Positions 53,095-64,000 of a DNA stretch of 64,000 nt are shown here, one piece after another. A model generated the notes under the pieces. That model was not told the DNA's origin. It saw only the letters and a program-made list of their open reading frames with translations, and searched no databases. Numbering within the stretch: the first letter of the stretch is position 1; each line of letters starts with the position of its first letter. Where the stretch lies: positions 15,254,001 through 15,318,000 of the forward strand of contig CM052817.1 in assembly GCA_028534125.1 (NCBI GenBank), given 5' to 3'. This DNA comes from Lama glama (taxonomy: Eukaryota). Position numbers and translations under genes: made by a program.

Positions 53095-53800
53095 TGATGT
53101 TAACTAACCTACACATTGCTTACTATCTCAGGACTGGTTCTAAATACTTAAACACATTAATTTACATTAACTCTGAGAACTCTCTGAGAAGGTCCCAATA
53201 AGCTTATTTTAGGATAAGGAAGCTGAGCTAGAAAGGAGCATTGCTAAGAAGTGGCCGAGCTGGATGTAAACCCAAATATTTGATGCCAGAGCCAACACCC
53301 TTAGTCAGCACCCGTCACTCCTCTCTTGTGATACGTGAAAGTATTGGGGTTCACTGGGAAGATAACATATAGTCTTCCCAGCGTACCTGAAGCTGTTTCC
53401 CCACTGAGTGTGCTTTCTGAGATTCCAAATTCACATTTCTCATGCCCTTGGTTATTAAAGAACATGTGTGAAAACATCAAATAAGAATTGTAAATGGGAT
53501 GATAAAGGTTAATAAAGATTGATTCTCAAGCAGCAGGCACTGTCATAGGATACTTAACCAGTATTACCTTATTTAATCATGTCAGTATTAAAAGCATTCA
53601 TTAATATTTATTGAGCGCTGACAGTGTGCCAGGCAACATTCCAAATGTTTAGGTTAAAAAAAAAATTCTATGAGGTAGACATGTTATCATATTCACCTTA
53701 AAAATGAGGCACAGACAGGCTAAATCATTTGTCCAGTGCTTTTCTGCTAGTAAACCGCAAAACCAGATGAGGAATTTGGATGGCCTGATTCGAGTGCAGA
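53095..53800 (-). mobile_element. Two MIR copies (~53095-53320 and ~53530-53800), the second with an L2-like tail fragment
   Basis: TTTTAGGATAAGGAAGCTGAG; AAAATGAGGCACAGACAGGCTAAATCATTTGTCCA; ATATTTATTGAGCGCTGACAGTGTGCCAGGCA. Confidence 0.65.
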
Positions 53801-56164
53801 CGTCTAATGCCTAAATTCACCAAAGAGCATTCAGTCTTCACCCCATGCCCTGCCTTTTATCTAAATAGTGATGCGTCTATTCGGAAAAGCTTATCTATGT
53901 CAACTAGGGTGAAAGTGTGAAAGGAAGTAGTTGTGGTTTATGTGTCAACAGTGGAAGCCTGGTTTAAGTGGACATTACAAATGATCACAAGAGTCTAGTG
54001 ATTGGTGGTGACTAAGTGTGCTGGCTCTCCAAGTCCCAAGGATTATGAATGAAAATATCCAAGCTTTAAATACCAGAAAGAACCATTTTCAGGACAAATT
54101 AAATAAAGTTGGAAGGTTTTTCAGGAGCTCCAAAATTTACATAAATTACACACATGTCATTAGAGGGATGTTGAAAGTTAATTGGCTGGTTTGCCAAAAA
54201 TACATATATAACTTGATTAGATATTTCTGTGTTTTTGAAAAAGAGGTACTGACTAGTATCTGAGACTAGGTGTGTTTATACACACACACAAGACATTAAA
54301 ATGGACTAAATCTTCCAGATGCCTGTTGTCACACTATTCCAAGAACAACATTTAAATACCAACATGCTTGATTCCATCAGAGGTTTAAAAATGACTCCCT
54401 TACATTTGATAATGGACCTATACTTCGAAGTTCTTTTGTACCGTGAGAATCTCAGGCTATACCATTAATGCTGCATAAAACACCGCAAAATACCAGGAGA
54501 TCAAACCAAGCAGCAATTACTGAAAACATTTTCCTAATATCTCCCCAGATTTTCCTATGGGGAGTGCTAACTTAGTAAGTGTTCACTATACATAAACAAA
54601 GCATAGGCTATCACTCTGCAAAGAACTTACAATCTTTTCTAAAGTGTTTTGCTTTGTTTGATAAAATAGTCTTTAGGGAAAACTCTAATGGACAAAAGCT
54701 AAGGATCCAAAGAAAGGAAACCTGATCCATTTGAAAGTGAATACGGGGTTGCAGAGCGAAGTAAAAAATGTGCTGGTGCTTACTCAAAAAGTGCTGACTT
54801 CCTCTGGTAGGTCATCTTATAGGTCCACCTTATACCACATAAGAGTGTAATTAAAAAGCGCTGATGTTGGGTACCAGGAAGAATCTGCCCTTTCCAACCC
54901 TCGTTGAAGCTGCGGAGAGCGCAGCTTCAGGGGGGAGTCACTGCGTTGAATCTGTGGCATTGCAATTTTATCAATAACCCAGGATACAATCAAACCTCAT
55001 TAACTCGGACTCTACTAATTCTAAATTTACAAGGATTCAGATATAACTTGAGAACTGATTCTCGCTGAGCTAAAAAGCTCCAGATAATTTCTTCTTTTGT
55101 GAATATCAGGGTCTTATTCACAAGACCAAGACAGTCAAATGTGGTGGTGGTTGCATCAACAAAGAGCTTCCTATTCAAAGTTTTGCTGCAGTTTTGGAAT
55201 CCTCATTTCCCACAGAAACGTGTTACTATGGGAATTAGAAACGTTAGGCAGGCCCAGTTATGCCAAGTACAAAGACCAGTGTTATTGAAAGGACAGTGCT
55301 GAGAATACACCACAAGGTAATTTAGTGTTTGAATTTAGATTCTGGGATTACAGATTCTACATTTCTTTTATTTCCAATTAAAAATATACTAGGTCTCATT
55401 TTATAGTGTGTACAATTACTGAAAAGCATTTTTAGGGGTTGGAAACAGTAAATATCTACAAATACGACTAATTAGTGTTGTGAGCCCCTCCTGCCTAAAT
55501 TCAAAAAGTATGTCCGTTTCACCTTAGTGTATAATGAAAAAAATTTTTAAGTGATTAAATACATTTCTTATTAGTTTTATTTATAAATATGCCATACATT
55601 AGTTTAGTAGATTTGTCTTGCCTTTATAAAATATGACCAATAGGGTATGTTCTGACTTGACGAAGTTGATAATCTTTGGGAGGAAAATAAATAACTATAA
55701 AAAAAGTATACACCTTTTTCAACAAAGTGATTAGAAAATTTTCTCTTTCTCATATTTTAGGATATTTAGGATACTAAATGATTACCCAATAACTACGATT
55801 ATCATTGATTCCTGCTACTAATTCATTGCCAATTAGAAAATAAATATTTTCTGCTAATATTTCGTTCTGAGTCTCTCATAAGGGCAAGATGAAAACTTCC
55901 TCCCTCAATTCTCCCAAACAACAGTTGCACAACTCTTTCACTTGCTGGGTGAGGTTCAATGGAGCTGAATGATAGAGCATTTTATTTACTATGTGTATAG
56001 ATGTACATTAATAATCTCAGTATGAACAGGTGTAAATGATATGCAGTTTGTCTAATGCACAGGCCATTAAAATGGGAAGATTTCTTCTCCTCCTCCTCCC
56101 TTCCTTTGCAATAGCTTCTATGAACATGGTAGGTTTATTCCCAAGTTAGCAAAACCTGCATCAG

Positions 56165-56450
56165 AACTCCTAGCCATGCGATCTGTGGACAGGAGCTGGT
56201 ACACGCACTGTTTGTTGCTGGTACACAAATAAAAAGTATCTAGAAACATTTACAGCAATTTGCCATTGCTGTGACTTTCAAGCTTATTGTCTGTGGACTT
56301 GTATCTTTGCCCTGATTACTGATCAGTTTTAGTGTTGTCTATCTTGTGTAATGGGTTTTGTGCAGTGTGAGTTGCTTATTAATATCAACACAACAGATTA
56401 AGAAAAAAAACTGGTCCTTCAGCCCTGATAGTTTGTGAAACATTGGTCCA
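56165..56450 (+). mobile_element. hAT-Charlie MITE
   Basis: TAGAAACATTTACAGCAATTTGCCATTGC...ACTGGTCCTTCAGCCCTGATAGTTTGTGAAACATTG is a Charlie-type end. Confidence 0.6.
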
Positions 56451-57692
56451 CACACCAAAAATATGTGCATACAAAGTACAACTTCAGGTTGTATCCTAAA
56501 AGGCCACTTCTAATAATAGTGAACATGGAGGAGGTCAAGATGAAGGAGTAGGAGGACACTGAACTCACCATCCCCCATGAACACATCAAAAACACATCTA
56601 CACGCAGAGCAATTCTCACTGAAAACAAACTGGAGACTGGTAGAAAAATTCTTATACAACCAAGGCTGTAAAGAAAGATCCACATGGAGTCAAGTAGGAA
56701 AGAAAGAAAAGCAATTAGGCTAGGACCTGTGTCCCAGGAGGAGATGCAGAAGAGGAGGATTACACTATTTGGAACCTCTCCCTGCGGAGTGAGTGGTTCG
56801 AACCACATATTGGGCACCTCAGCCCTGGGGTCCAGCACTGGGAAAACAATTCCTCTTGACTAGTTTAAAAACCAGTGGGTCTGGCAGGGGGTCCATGAGA
56901 GACTTGAATTCTACTCATGAAGAGTGTGGACACACTTGCTCCTGAAACAAGGTGAAGGAATTAGATTGAGACTGGCTGGTACTCTGAACAATTTCGCACG
57001 ACTACACCAGTGTGCACCCTGGGCCAGGCTGAGCACCAGTCCTGACCCCTCTTGCTCTGCTGTGCAGCTCTCTACTAGGGTGAAGCCTGTCACTGTCAAG
57101 GACAGTGCCCAGTTTTGGGGGAAGGAGCTGGCTTGGACTCCACACTACATCTGAACAAGACAAGGGCAACTATTACTGGTGCTCTTGGAGGTGGAGGATT
57201 GGGAGCTTCTGGAAATCTGGTGTGCTGGGACTGCCCCAGTGTACACTCCATCTCACACAGGATGCCGTCTCTGGCCCCTCTTCCTTCAGAACTACTCCCC
57301 TCTGGGCTGATGGTGCCAGTGCTGAGAGTGGAGAGAGCACACACTTAGAATGGAACAAGCTAGAACCCAACCCTCAGGGTTTCTGCTCCAGTACCCTAGA
57401 ACCTGACCCCACTCCTGACAGGGGTGGTGATGGCCAGTGAGCATAGCAGAAGCACCAGCTCACACTTGGCTTTGGCTCTAGCCCCTCTATATCTGTCCCT
57501 ACCTGCCACCAAGGGATAGCTGCCAGCACACCCTGGGGGAAGACATGACTCATTAGGACTTCAGATCCAGCTCTCCTACCAAAGGCACATAGACTGTATA
57601 GGTATGTATTGGTATGTTTCCACACAAAACCACCCCTTTAAGAATAGATAACTGTTTTACTTAATTTATTAGAGACAAAGAAAGTTGATCAA

Positions 57693-58570
57693 AATGGGAA
57701 GACAGAGGAATTTGTTTCATATGAAAGAACAAGAAAAAAAAACCCTGAAAAAAACAACTAATGAAACAGAGATAAATAATTTACTAGCTAAAGAGTTCAA
57801 AGCATTACTAATTACAATGCTAACTGAATAGGGGAAAGAATAGATGAACACATTGAGAATTTAAATGAGGGACTAGAAAACTAAAAAAAAAGAGCAGTCA
57901 AAGTTGAAGAACGCAGTAACTGAAATGAAAAACACACTAGGAAGTATGAAGAGCAGACTATGTGATACAGAATAACACATAAGTGATCTGGAAAATAGGA
58001 TAATGAAGATTACCAATCAGAACAGCAAAAAGAAAAAAAAAAGACCAGTTTAAGGGATCTCTGAGACAATACCTGATGTACTAACATTCACATTATAGGG
58101 GGTCCCAGAAGAAGAGAAGAGAGAAAATGTTTGAAAAGGTATTTGATAAAATTATGGCTGAAAACTTCCTAACTCTGAAGAAGGAAACAGATATCAAGGT
58201 ACAGGAAACAGAGAGTCCCCAGAAGATGAACTTATTGAGACCCACACCAAAACATATCATAATTAAATGGAAAAAGAGAATTTTAAAGGCAGCAAGAGAA
58301 AAACAAAGAGTCACATACAAGGGAACTCCCACAAGGCTATCAGATGATTTTTCTGCAGAAATTTTGCAGGCCAGATGGGAGTGGCATGATAAATTTAAAG
58401 TGCTGAAAGGGAAAAAACAAGAACCTAGCATCCTCTACACAGCAAGGTTATCATTCAAAATTGAGGGAGAGATAAAGAACTCCTCAGACAAGCAAAGAAT
58501 AAAAGGCTTCATCAATACTAAACTTACGTTAAAAGAAATGTTAAAGGGTCTTCACTATGTGGAAAATTAA
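57693..58570 (+). pseudogene. L1 ORF1p pseudogene (frameshifted N-terminus; open RRM/CTD part 58127-58570)
   Basis: IMAENF...RPTPKHIIIK...RILKAAREKQRVTYKGTPTRLSDDFSAEILQARWEW...LYTARLSFKIEGEIK is canonical L1 ORF1p. Confidence 0.93.
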
Positions 58571-59649
58571 AGGCTTTGACAAGAAGAATTTATAGAAAAG
58601 GAAAAATCTCACTACTAAAGGCAAATATATAGTAAAGGCTGTAGATCAACCATTTAAATCAGCTAGCATAAATATTTAAAGATAAAAAATTTAAAATCAA
58701 CTATAATTACAATAAACTGTTAAGGGATAAACATAAAGATGTAAAACATGACATCAAAAATATAAAATGAGTGAGAAAGGCATAAAGAAAATGTAGGTAC
58801 TTTAGAATGTATTTGAACTTATGACTACTAGTTTAAAACAAGTAGATATAATTATAGGTAAACATATATGAACCCCATGGTAAATACAAATAAAAACCTA
58901 CCATAGATACACAAAAACTAGAAAGAAGGAAACACAAGAATACTACTAGAGAAAATCATCAAACCACAAGGGAAGAAACTAAAAGAAGAAGAAAAGAATA
59001 GAGAAGAACTACAAAAACAATCAGACAATAAGTAGCAAAATAACAGTAAGTACATATTTGTCAATAAGAACTCAATATCAATGGATTAATGCTCCAATCA
59101 AAATACATAGGGTGAGTGATTAGATTAAAAATACGACCCATCTGCATGCTGCTTACAAGAAATTCACTTCTGAACAAAAGATGCACACAGATTCGAAATG
59201 AGGAGGTAGAAAAAGATATTTCAAGCATATGGAAATGACAACAAAGTAAGTGACAATAAACAAGAAAAATTTCAAACAAATAACTTAACCTAAAAATTAG
59301 AAGAATAAGCAAAGCCCAGTGTCAGCAGAAGGAAAAAAAATAATAAAGATCTGAGAGGAAATAAATAAAATAGAGGGAGAAATTATTTACAAATGATATG
59401 ACTGATAAGAGGTTAATGTCGAAATACATAAATAACTCATACAACTCAATATAAAAAATAACCTAATTAAAAAATGGACAGAAGACCCAAATAGACAGAT
59501 GACCAATAGGTGCATGGAAGTATACTCAACATTGTCAATCATCAAGGAAATAGAAATCAAAACCACAATGAGGTATCACCTCATACCTATCTGAATGGCT
59601 ATCATCAAAAAGAACACAAATAAGAAATATTGGTGAGAGTGTGGAGGAA

Positions 59650-60433
59650 AGTGTACTCTCCTACACTGTTGATGGGAATGTAGTTTGGTACAACAGTTAT
59701 GATAAACAGTATGAAGATTCCTCAAAAGACCAAAAACAGACTTACCGTATGATCCAGCAATCCCACTTCTGGCATATATCCAGAGGGAACCTTGATTCCA
59801 AAAGATACATGCACTCGAATGTTCATAGCAGCACTATTTACAATAGCCAAGACATGGAAATAACCTCAATGTCCTTCAACAGATGACTAGATAAAGAAGT
59901 TGTGTTCTATTTATACCATGGAATACTACTTGGGCATAAAAAATAATAAAATAACGTCATTTTTAGCAAAATGGATGAATTTGGAGAATGTCCTTCTAAG
60001 TGAAGTAAGCCAGAAAGAGAAAAAAAAAAAACCACATGATATCACTTATATGTGGAGTCTAGAAAAAAAAGACAAATGAATTTATTTACAAAACAGAAAC
60101 AGATTCACAGCCATAGAAAACAAACTTATGGTTATCAGATGGGAAAGGGGCTGGGAACAGATAATCTGGGAGTTCAAGATTTGCAGATACTAACTAATAT
60201 ATATAAAATAGATAAACAAGTTTGTACTGTATAGCACAGGGAATTACATTCAATATCTTGTAGTAACTTAGAGTGAAAAATAATATGAAAATGAATATAT
60301 GTATTTTCATGTATGACTGAAGCATTATGCTGTACACCAGAAATTGACACAACAGTATAAACTGACTATACTTCAATACAAAAAATATATATATATAAAA
60401 TAAAGATATAAATTTTTTAAGTCTATGTTTTAA
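59650..60433 (+). mobile_element. Younger camelid L1 3' segment nested in the older L1
   Basis: Own 3' end TGACACAACAGTATAAACTGACTATACTTCAAT plus A/TA tail at ~60378-60410; camelid-type GAGTTCAAGATTTGCAGATACTAAC. Confidence 0.85.
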
Positions 60434-61199
60434 TAAGAAAAAGACCACAAATAAATACTGGTGAGAGTGTGGATGAAAGAGAACCCCAGTACAACACTGG
60501 TGGGCATGTAAATTTGTGCAGCCACTATAAAAAACAGTATGGAGATTCCTCAATAAACTAAAAAAGAACTGCTACATGATCCTGAATGTTTTTCATAAGA
60601 AAATGAAAACACTAATTTGAAAAGATATATGCACCCCAATGTCCATAGCAGCATTATTTACAAGATCCAATATATGGAAGAAAGCTAAGTGTTCGTTAAC
60701 ACATGAATGGGTGAAGAAGACATAGCATATATATAATGAATATTACTCAGGCACGAGAAAGAATAAAATTTTGCCATTTGCAACAGCATCAATGAGCATA
60801 AAGGGTATTACGCTTCATGAAATAAGTCAGACAGAGAAAGACAAATACTATGGGTTATCACTTATGTGTGGACTCTAAAAAGTACAATGAATGAATATAA
60901 CAAAACAGAAGCAGACTCACTTATGTAGAAAACAAACTCGTGGTTACCCGTAGAGAGAGGGAAGGGAGAAGAGGTAAAATAGGGGTAGAGAATCAAGAGG
61001 TACAAAGTGCTATATAAAAATAATTATGATACAAGGATATTGTACAGCACAGGGAATATAGCTAATATTTTATAATGAGTTTAAATGGAGTAAAATCTAT
61101 CCAAATACTGAATTGCTACATTATACATCCAAAACTAATAACATTGTAAATCAACTGCACTTCAGTAAAATATAATATGGTGAATGCAGACAATAAGGC

Positions 61200-61330
61200 A
61201 CAGATAGGATTCTAAGCACCACAAGGGCAGGAGTCTCATCTGATTTATCACCATCACCTCTTGCAGTTTGCATAGTGTTTGTTGTGTTAAATACTCAAAA
61301 GTCTTTACTGAGTAAATGCATAAATATATG
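61200..61330 (+). mobile_element. L2 3' terminus
   Basis: TAAGCACCACAAGGGCAGGAGTCTCATCTGATTTATCACC...TACTCAAAAGTCTTTACTGAGTAAATG. Confidence 0.65.
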
Positions 61331-61406
61331 GCAGTATCATTTATGAGTACACAACTTTGACTCCTTGGACTAGGACACACTTCTGAAAATAGCTAAAGAT
61401 CAGCAA

Positions 61407-61429
61407 ACACACACACACACACACACACA
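61407..61429. repeat. (AC)n microsatellite
   Basis: AC run. Confidence 0.95.
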
Positions 61430-61829
61430 GCAAAACAAAAGCCAAAAGAAGCAAAATTTTTACATTCAATTGTGACTGTGAGTCCTAACTTTCCAGGACT
61501 TGACAAAGATTTTCCAAGGTTGCACCTGCAGAATATGAAGAGTATGTAATCCTTATCCCAGGAAACTTCTGACCTCCTTAGTGTCTTCTTATAGAATCCA
61601 ATATTTACCCAATCGTAGCACATAACAACACAGAATCAGAGGTTGGGATATTTGTAGGTTTGCCCACTAAACTGTCAGCTCCATGCCACATCTCTCAGCC
61701 CTTAGCACACCTAGTAGGGGCCCAAACAACTCAGTTGGTCTGAATTAATGCTTACTTTGTGGTATAAACTGTGCTTTGTGCTTTGCAGGCCCAGCCCCCC
61801 AGTGACTCATGGAGGAAAGCACTTTTTAA

Positions 61830-61975
61830 AACTTGCTTTATAAATGAGGAGACTAAGACTTAAGAAGGTTAAATAATTTGCCCAAGATCACCAGTTAGTA
61901 ATTGATTGAATAGATTTTCACATGCGTTCTCTTTCACAGGAGCCTGTATTTCCAACCATGCTATTAGACTGCTTA
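61830..61975 (-). mobile_element. MIR SINE
   Basis: TTTATAAATGAGGAGACTAAGACTTAAGAAGGTTAAATAATTTGCCCAAGATCAC. Confidence 0.8.
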
Positions 61976-62319
61976 ATGGTGTCCAAAACTTTAGCCCAAT
62001 GGGGGACCCAACTGGTTAGACTCAAGCTGCAGTAACTCTTTACACCAGGAAATGAGATATAAAATCCCGCAGAAGCAGGGTGGACACACACAGAAGCAGC
62101 TGGGTAAGGAAAGGAAGTAAGGACTAGGGGTTACTGTGACAGAGACCGTTCCCAGGGTAAAGCAGTTAGCTAGCATTTACACCAACCTGGGTGAGAGCTA
62201 CATGACTTCCATAGCAGAGGATCAGGTCATGCTTAAAAGAAAAGAAAACAAAACAAAACAAAACTCTGCTCGAACAGATGTAGGGGAAGAAAATAAGAGC
62301 TGAAGGTAGAATTTCAGCT

Positions 62320-62495
62320 GGTGGTTTGAGCCATTTGGGGGAGTTACTCAGTTTTCCTGGGTAACTCCCATATTTATAAGAAAGTGTATGCATTATTAAA
62401 CTTCTTTTTGTTTTTCTCTTGTTACTATATTTTATTAGAGGGTGTCAGCCAAGGACCTAGAAGGGAAGAGGGAAAATTATTTTCCTTCCCCTATG
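62320..62495 (+). mobile_element. ERV1 LTR 3' part (MER34/MER39-like)
   Basis: GAGTTACTCAGTTTTCCTGGG...ATTAAACTTCT...TCAGCCAAGGACCTAGAAGGG...AATTATTTTCCTTCCCCTA. Confidence 0.6.
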
Positions 62496-62759
62496 GTAAC
62501 AAACAAAAACAATATCCAGAATTTCACAGCTCCTTAGTGAAGTGCAATTAGAAATAAATGGCAAAGACATATTTGCCATATTTAGTTATATATTTCCACA
62601 TATTTCAATTGAATATTGTTTTTAGTCTATGTATATCACTTTTAGGCAACCATTAATTCTTTCATCATGATAAAGTCCCAAGCTAACACATCTCTTAGAG
62701 TCTTGTCATAAATAGCTATAAAAATCCAATGAACCCTAAGTTAAAATTAAAATCGGGTC

Positions 62760-62987
62760 CTGTGCTATGCTTAATGGTTGCCACCAGGCATGTGTACATA
62801 TTTACATTAAAACTAATTAAAATTAAATAAATTAAAAATTAAGCTCCTTAGTCATGCTCGCCACATTTCAAGGGGTCAATAGCCAAATGTGGTTAGTGGC
62901 TACCACAGTTTGGGCAGATTCTGCATATTGGACATATGGAGATAGAACATTTCCATCACTGCACAAAGTTCTATTGGTCAGCACAGC
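62760..62987 (-). mobile_element. MER3-like hAT-Charlie MITE
   Basis: ATAGCCAAATGTGGTTAGTGGCTACC...ATAGAACATTTCCATCACTGCACAAAGTTCTATTGGTCAGC. Confidence 0.85.
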
Positions 62988-63061
62988 TCCTGTTGCTTCT
63001 GACTAAAACGGAGAAAGCCACTAAGCAAAGTCCTTTGTATAATGTTGTCATTCTCACGATG

Positions 63062-63202
63062 ATTGCCTTCTGATCCAGCTAAGGATCTGATAAGCCAGGG
63101 ATGCTCCTGTTTGTTTAAGACTGTTGTCCTGGCTTAAATATTAATAGCGATCCTTTTACTCTCAAACATGTTCCAGTTTGGTCAATAAATTATGGCCACC
63201 CT
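63062..63202 (-). mobile_element. MER94-like hAT-Blackjack MITE
   Basis: TGTTGTCCTGGCTTAAATATTAATAGCG...CTCTCAAACATGTTCCAGTTTGG...AAATTATGGCCACCCT. Confidence 0.75.
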
Positions 63203-63598
63203 AGCTGCCTCATTGCACATTACTCATGATTTTCATGTCTTTCCTTTCAAGCTGTGTAATATGCAGCATGTTATTTTACCTTTCCAGGCATCTCCTTCTT
63301 CAGAACTAAAACAAGGATACTAGCAGCTTCCTCTTTAGTTCTGTCCTGCAATGCTCTCTCCTCTTACTTCCTGCAATGATTCATGTGTAAAAGAAATTAC
63401 TAAAAGACAGAACTTTTGCAGCCTAGAGCTTTGCAGTGTTTATTATATAATTTTGTTATGTTATATTATATATAAAATATTATATATTATTTAATATTAT
63501 ATACTTTAATTTTATATAATAGATACTTTGGAGTGTCTAGTGTATAATATGCACTCAAAAGCATATGATTCCTGATGTCAGTTTCAAGGGACATACTC

Positions 63599-64000
63599 TT
63601 TTTTTTAACTTTTTTTATTGATTTGTAATCATGTTACAATGTTGTGTCAAATTCCAGTGTAGAGTACAATTTTTCAGTTAAACATGAACATATATATATA
63701 TTCACTGTCACATTTTTTTTCTCTGTGAGCTACCATAAGATCTTGTGTATATTTCCCTGTGGTGTACAGTATAATCTTGTTTATCTATTTTACAGTTTTG
63801 AAATCACATCTATCCCTTCCCACCCTCCACCCCCTTGACAACCACAAGTTTGTATTCTATGTTTATGAGTCTGTTTCTGTTTTGTATCTATGCTTTGTTT
63901 GTTTGTTTTTTAGATTCCACATATGAGCGATCTCATATGGTATTTTTCTTTCTCTTTCTGGCTTACTTCACTTAGAATGACCTTCTCCAGGAGCATCCAT
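63599..64000 (-). mobile_element. Young camelid L1 3' end (runs off the window)
   Basis: TTTTTTATTGATTTGTAATCATGTTACAATGTTGTGTCAAATTCCAGTGTAGAG...TAGATTCCACATATGAGCGATCTCATATGG. Confidence 0.92.

Larger units (their letters stand above)
56527..61170 (+). mobile_element. L1 with 5'UTR and ORF1, an internally deleted ORF2 (no RT) and a 3'UTR; contains a nested younger L1
   Basis: 5' start GGAGGAGGTCAAGATG; ORF1 from ~57693; EN N-terminus 59040-59257; 3' end TGTAAATCAACTGCACTTCAGTAAAA; degenerate TSD TAATAATAGTGAACA / TAATATGGTGAATG. Confidence 0.88.

Noticed and set aside
55216..55316. Exon-like segment with a CCCACAG acceptor and AAG|GTAATT donor
   Set aside because: Stop codons in all three frames; a non-coding exon cannot be supported from sequence alone
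56419..57625. Cluster of overlapping ORFs on both strands
   Set aside because: GC-richer L1 5'UTR; chance ORFs with no recognisable domain

Overview
AT-rich mammalian genomic DNA, most likely from a camelid (alpaca or camel). The assignment rests on two Vic-1-type tRNA-derived SINEs and several camelid/artiodactyl-type L1 3' ends. I find no convincing protein-coding gene, CpG island, rRNA, tRNA or CRISPR array, so the window looks intergenic or deep-intronic, and it has a 500-N assembly gap. Most of it is fossil transposable elements: L1 of several ages, L2, L3/CR1, MIR, MaLR/ERVL/ERV1 LTRs, and hAT and Tigger DNA elements. The only meaningful ORF-track hits are L1 ORF1p/ORF2p remnants. Five retrotransposition-mechanism signals stand out. 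(1) An RT-less 'half-L1'-like element with a younger L1 inserted in register into it (56.5-61.2 kb). (2) A 68-bp tail-less young-L1 patch sitting at a deletion inside an old L1 (41.8 kb). (3) A twin-priming inverted L1MC (33.0-34.6 kb). (4) A SINE with an apparent 3' transduction (28.5 kb). (5) A degenerate SNORD112-like C/D snoRNA at the 3' end of an ancient L1ME (12.7 kb). Repeat family names come from remembered consensus sequences, boundaries are approximate, and both need RepeatMasker/Dfam confirmation.
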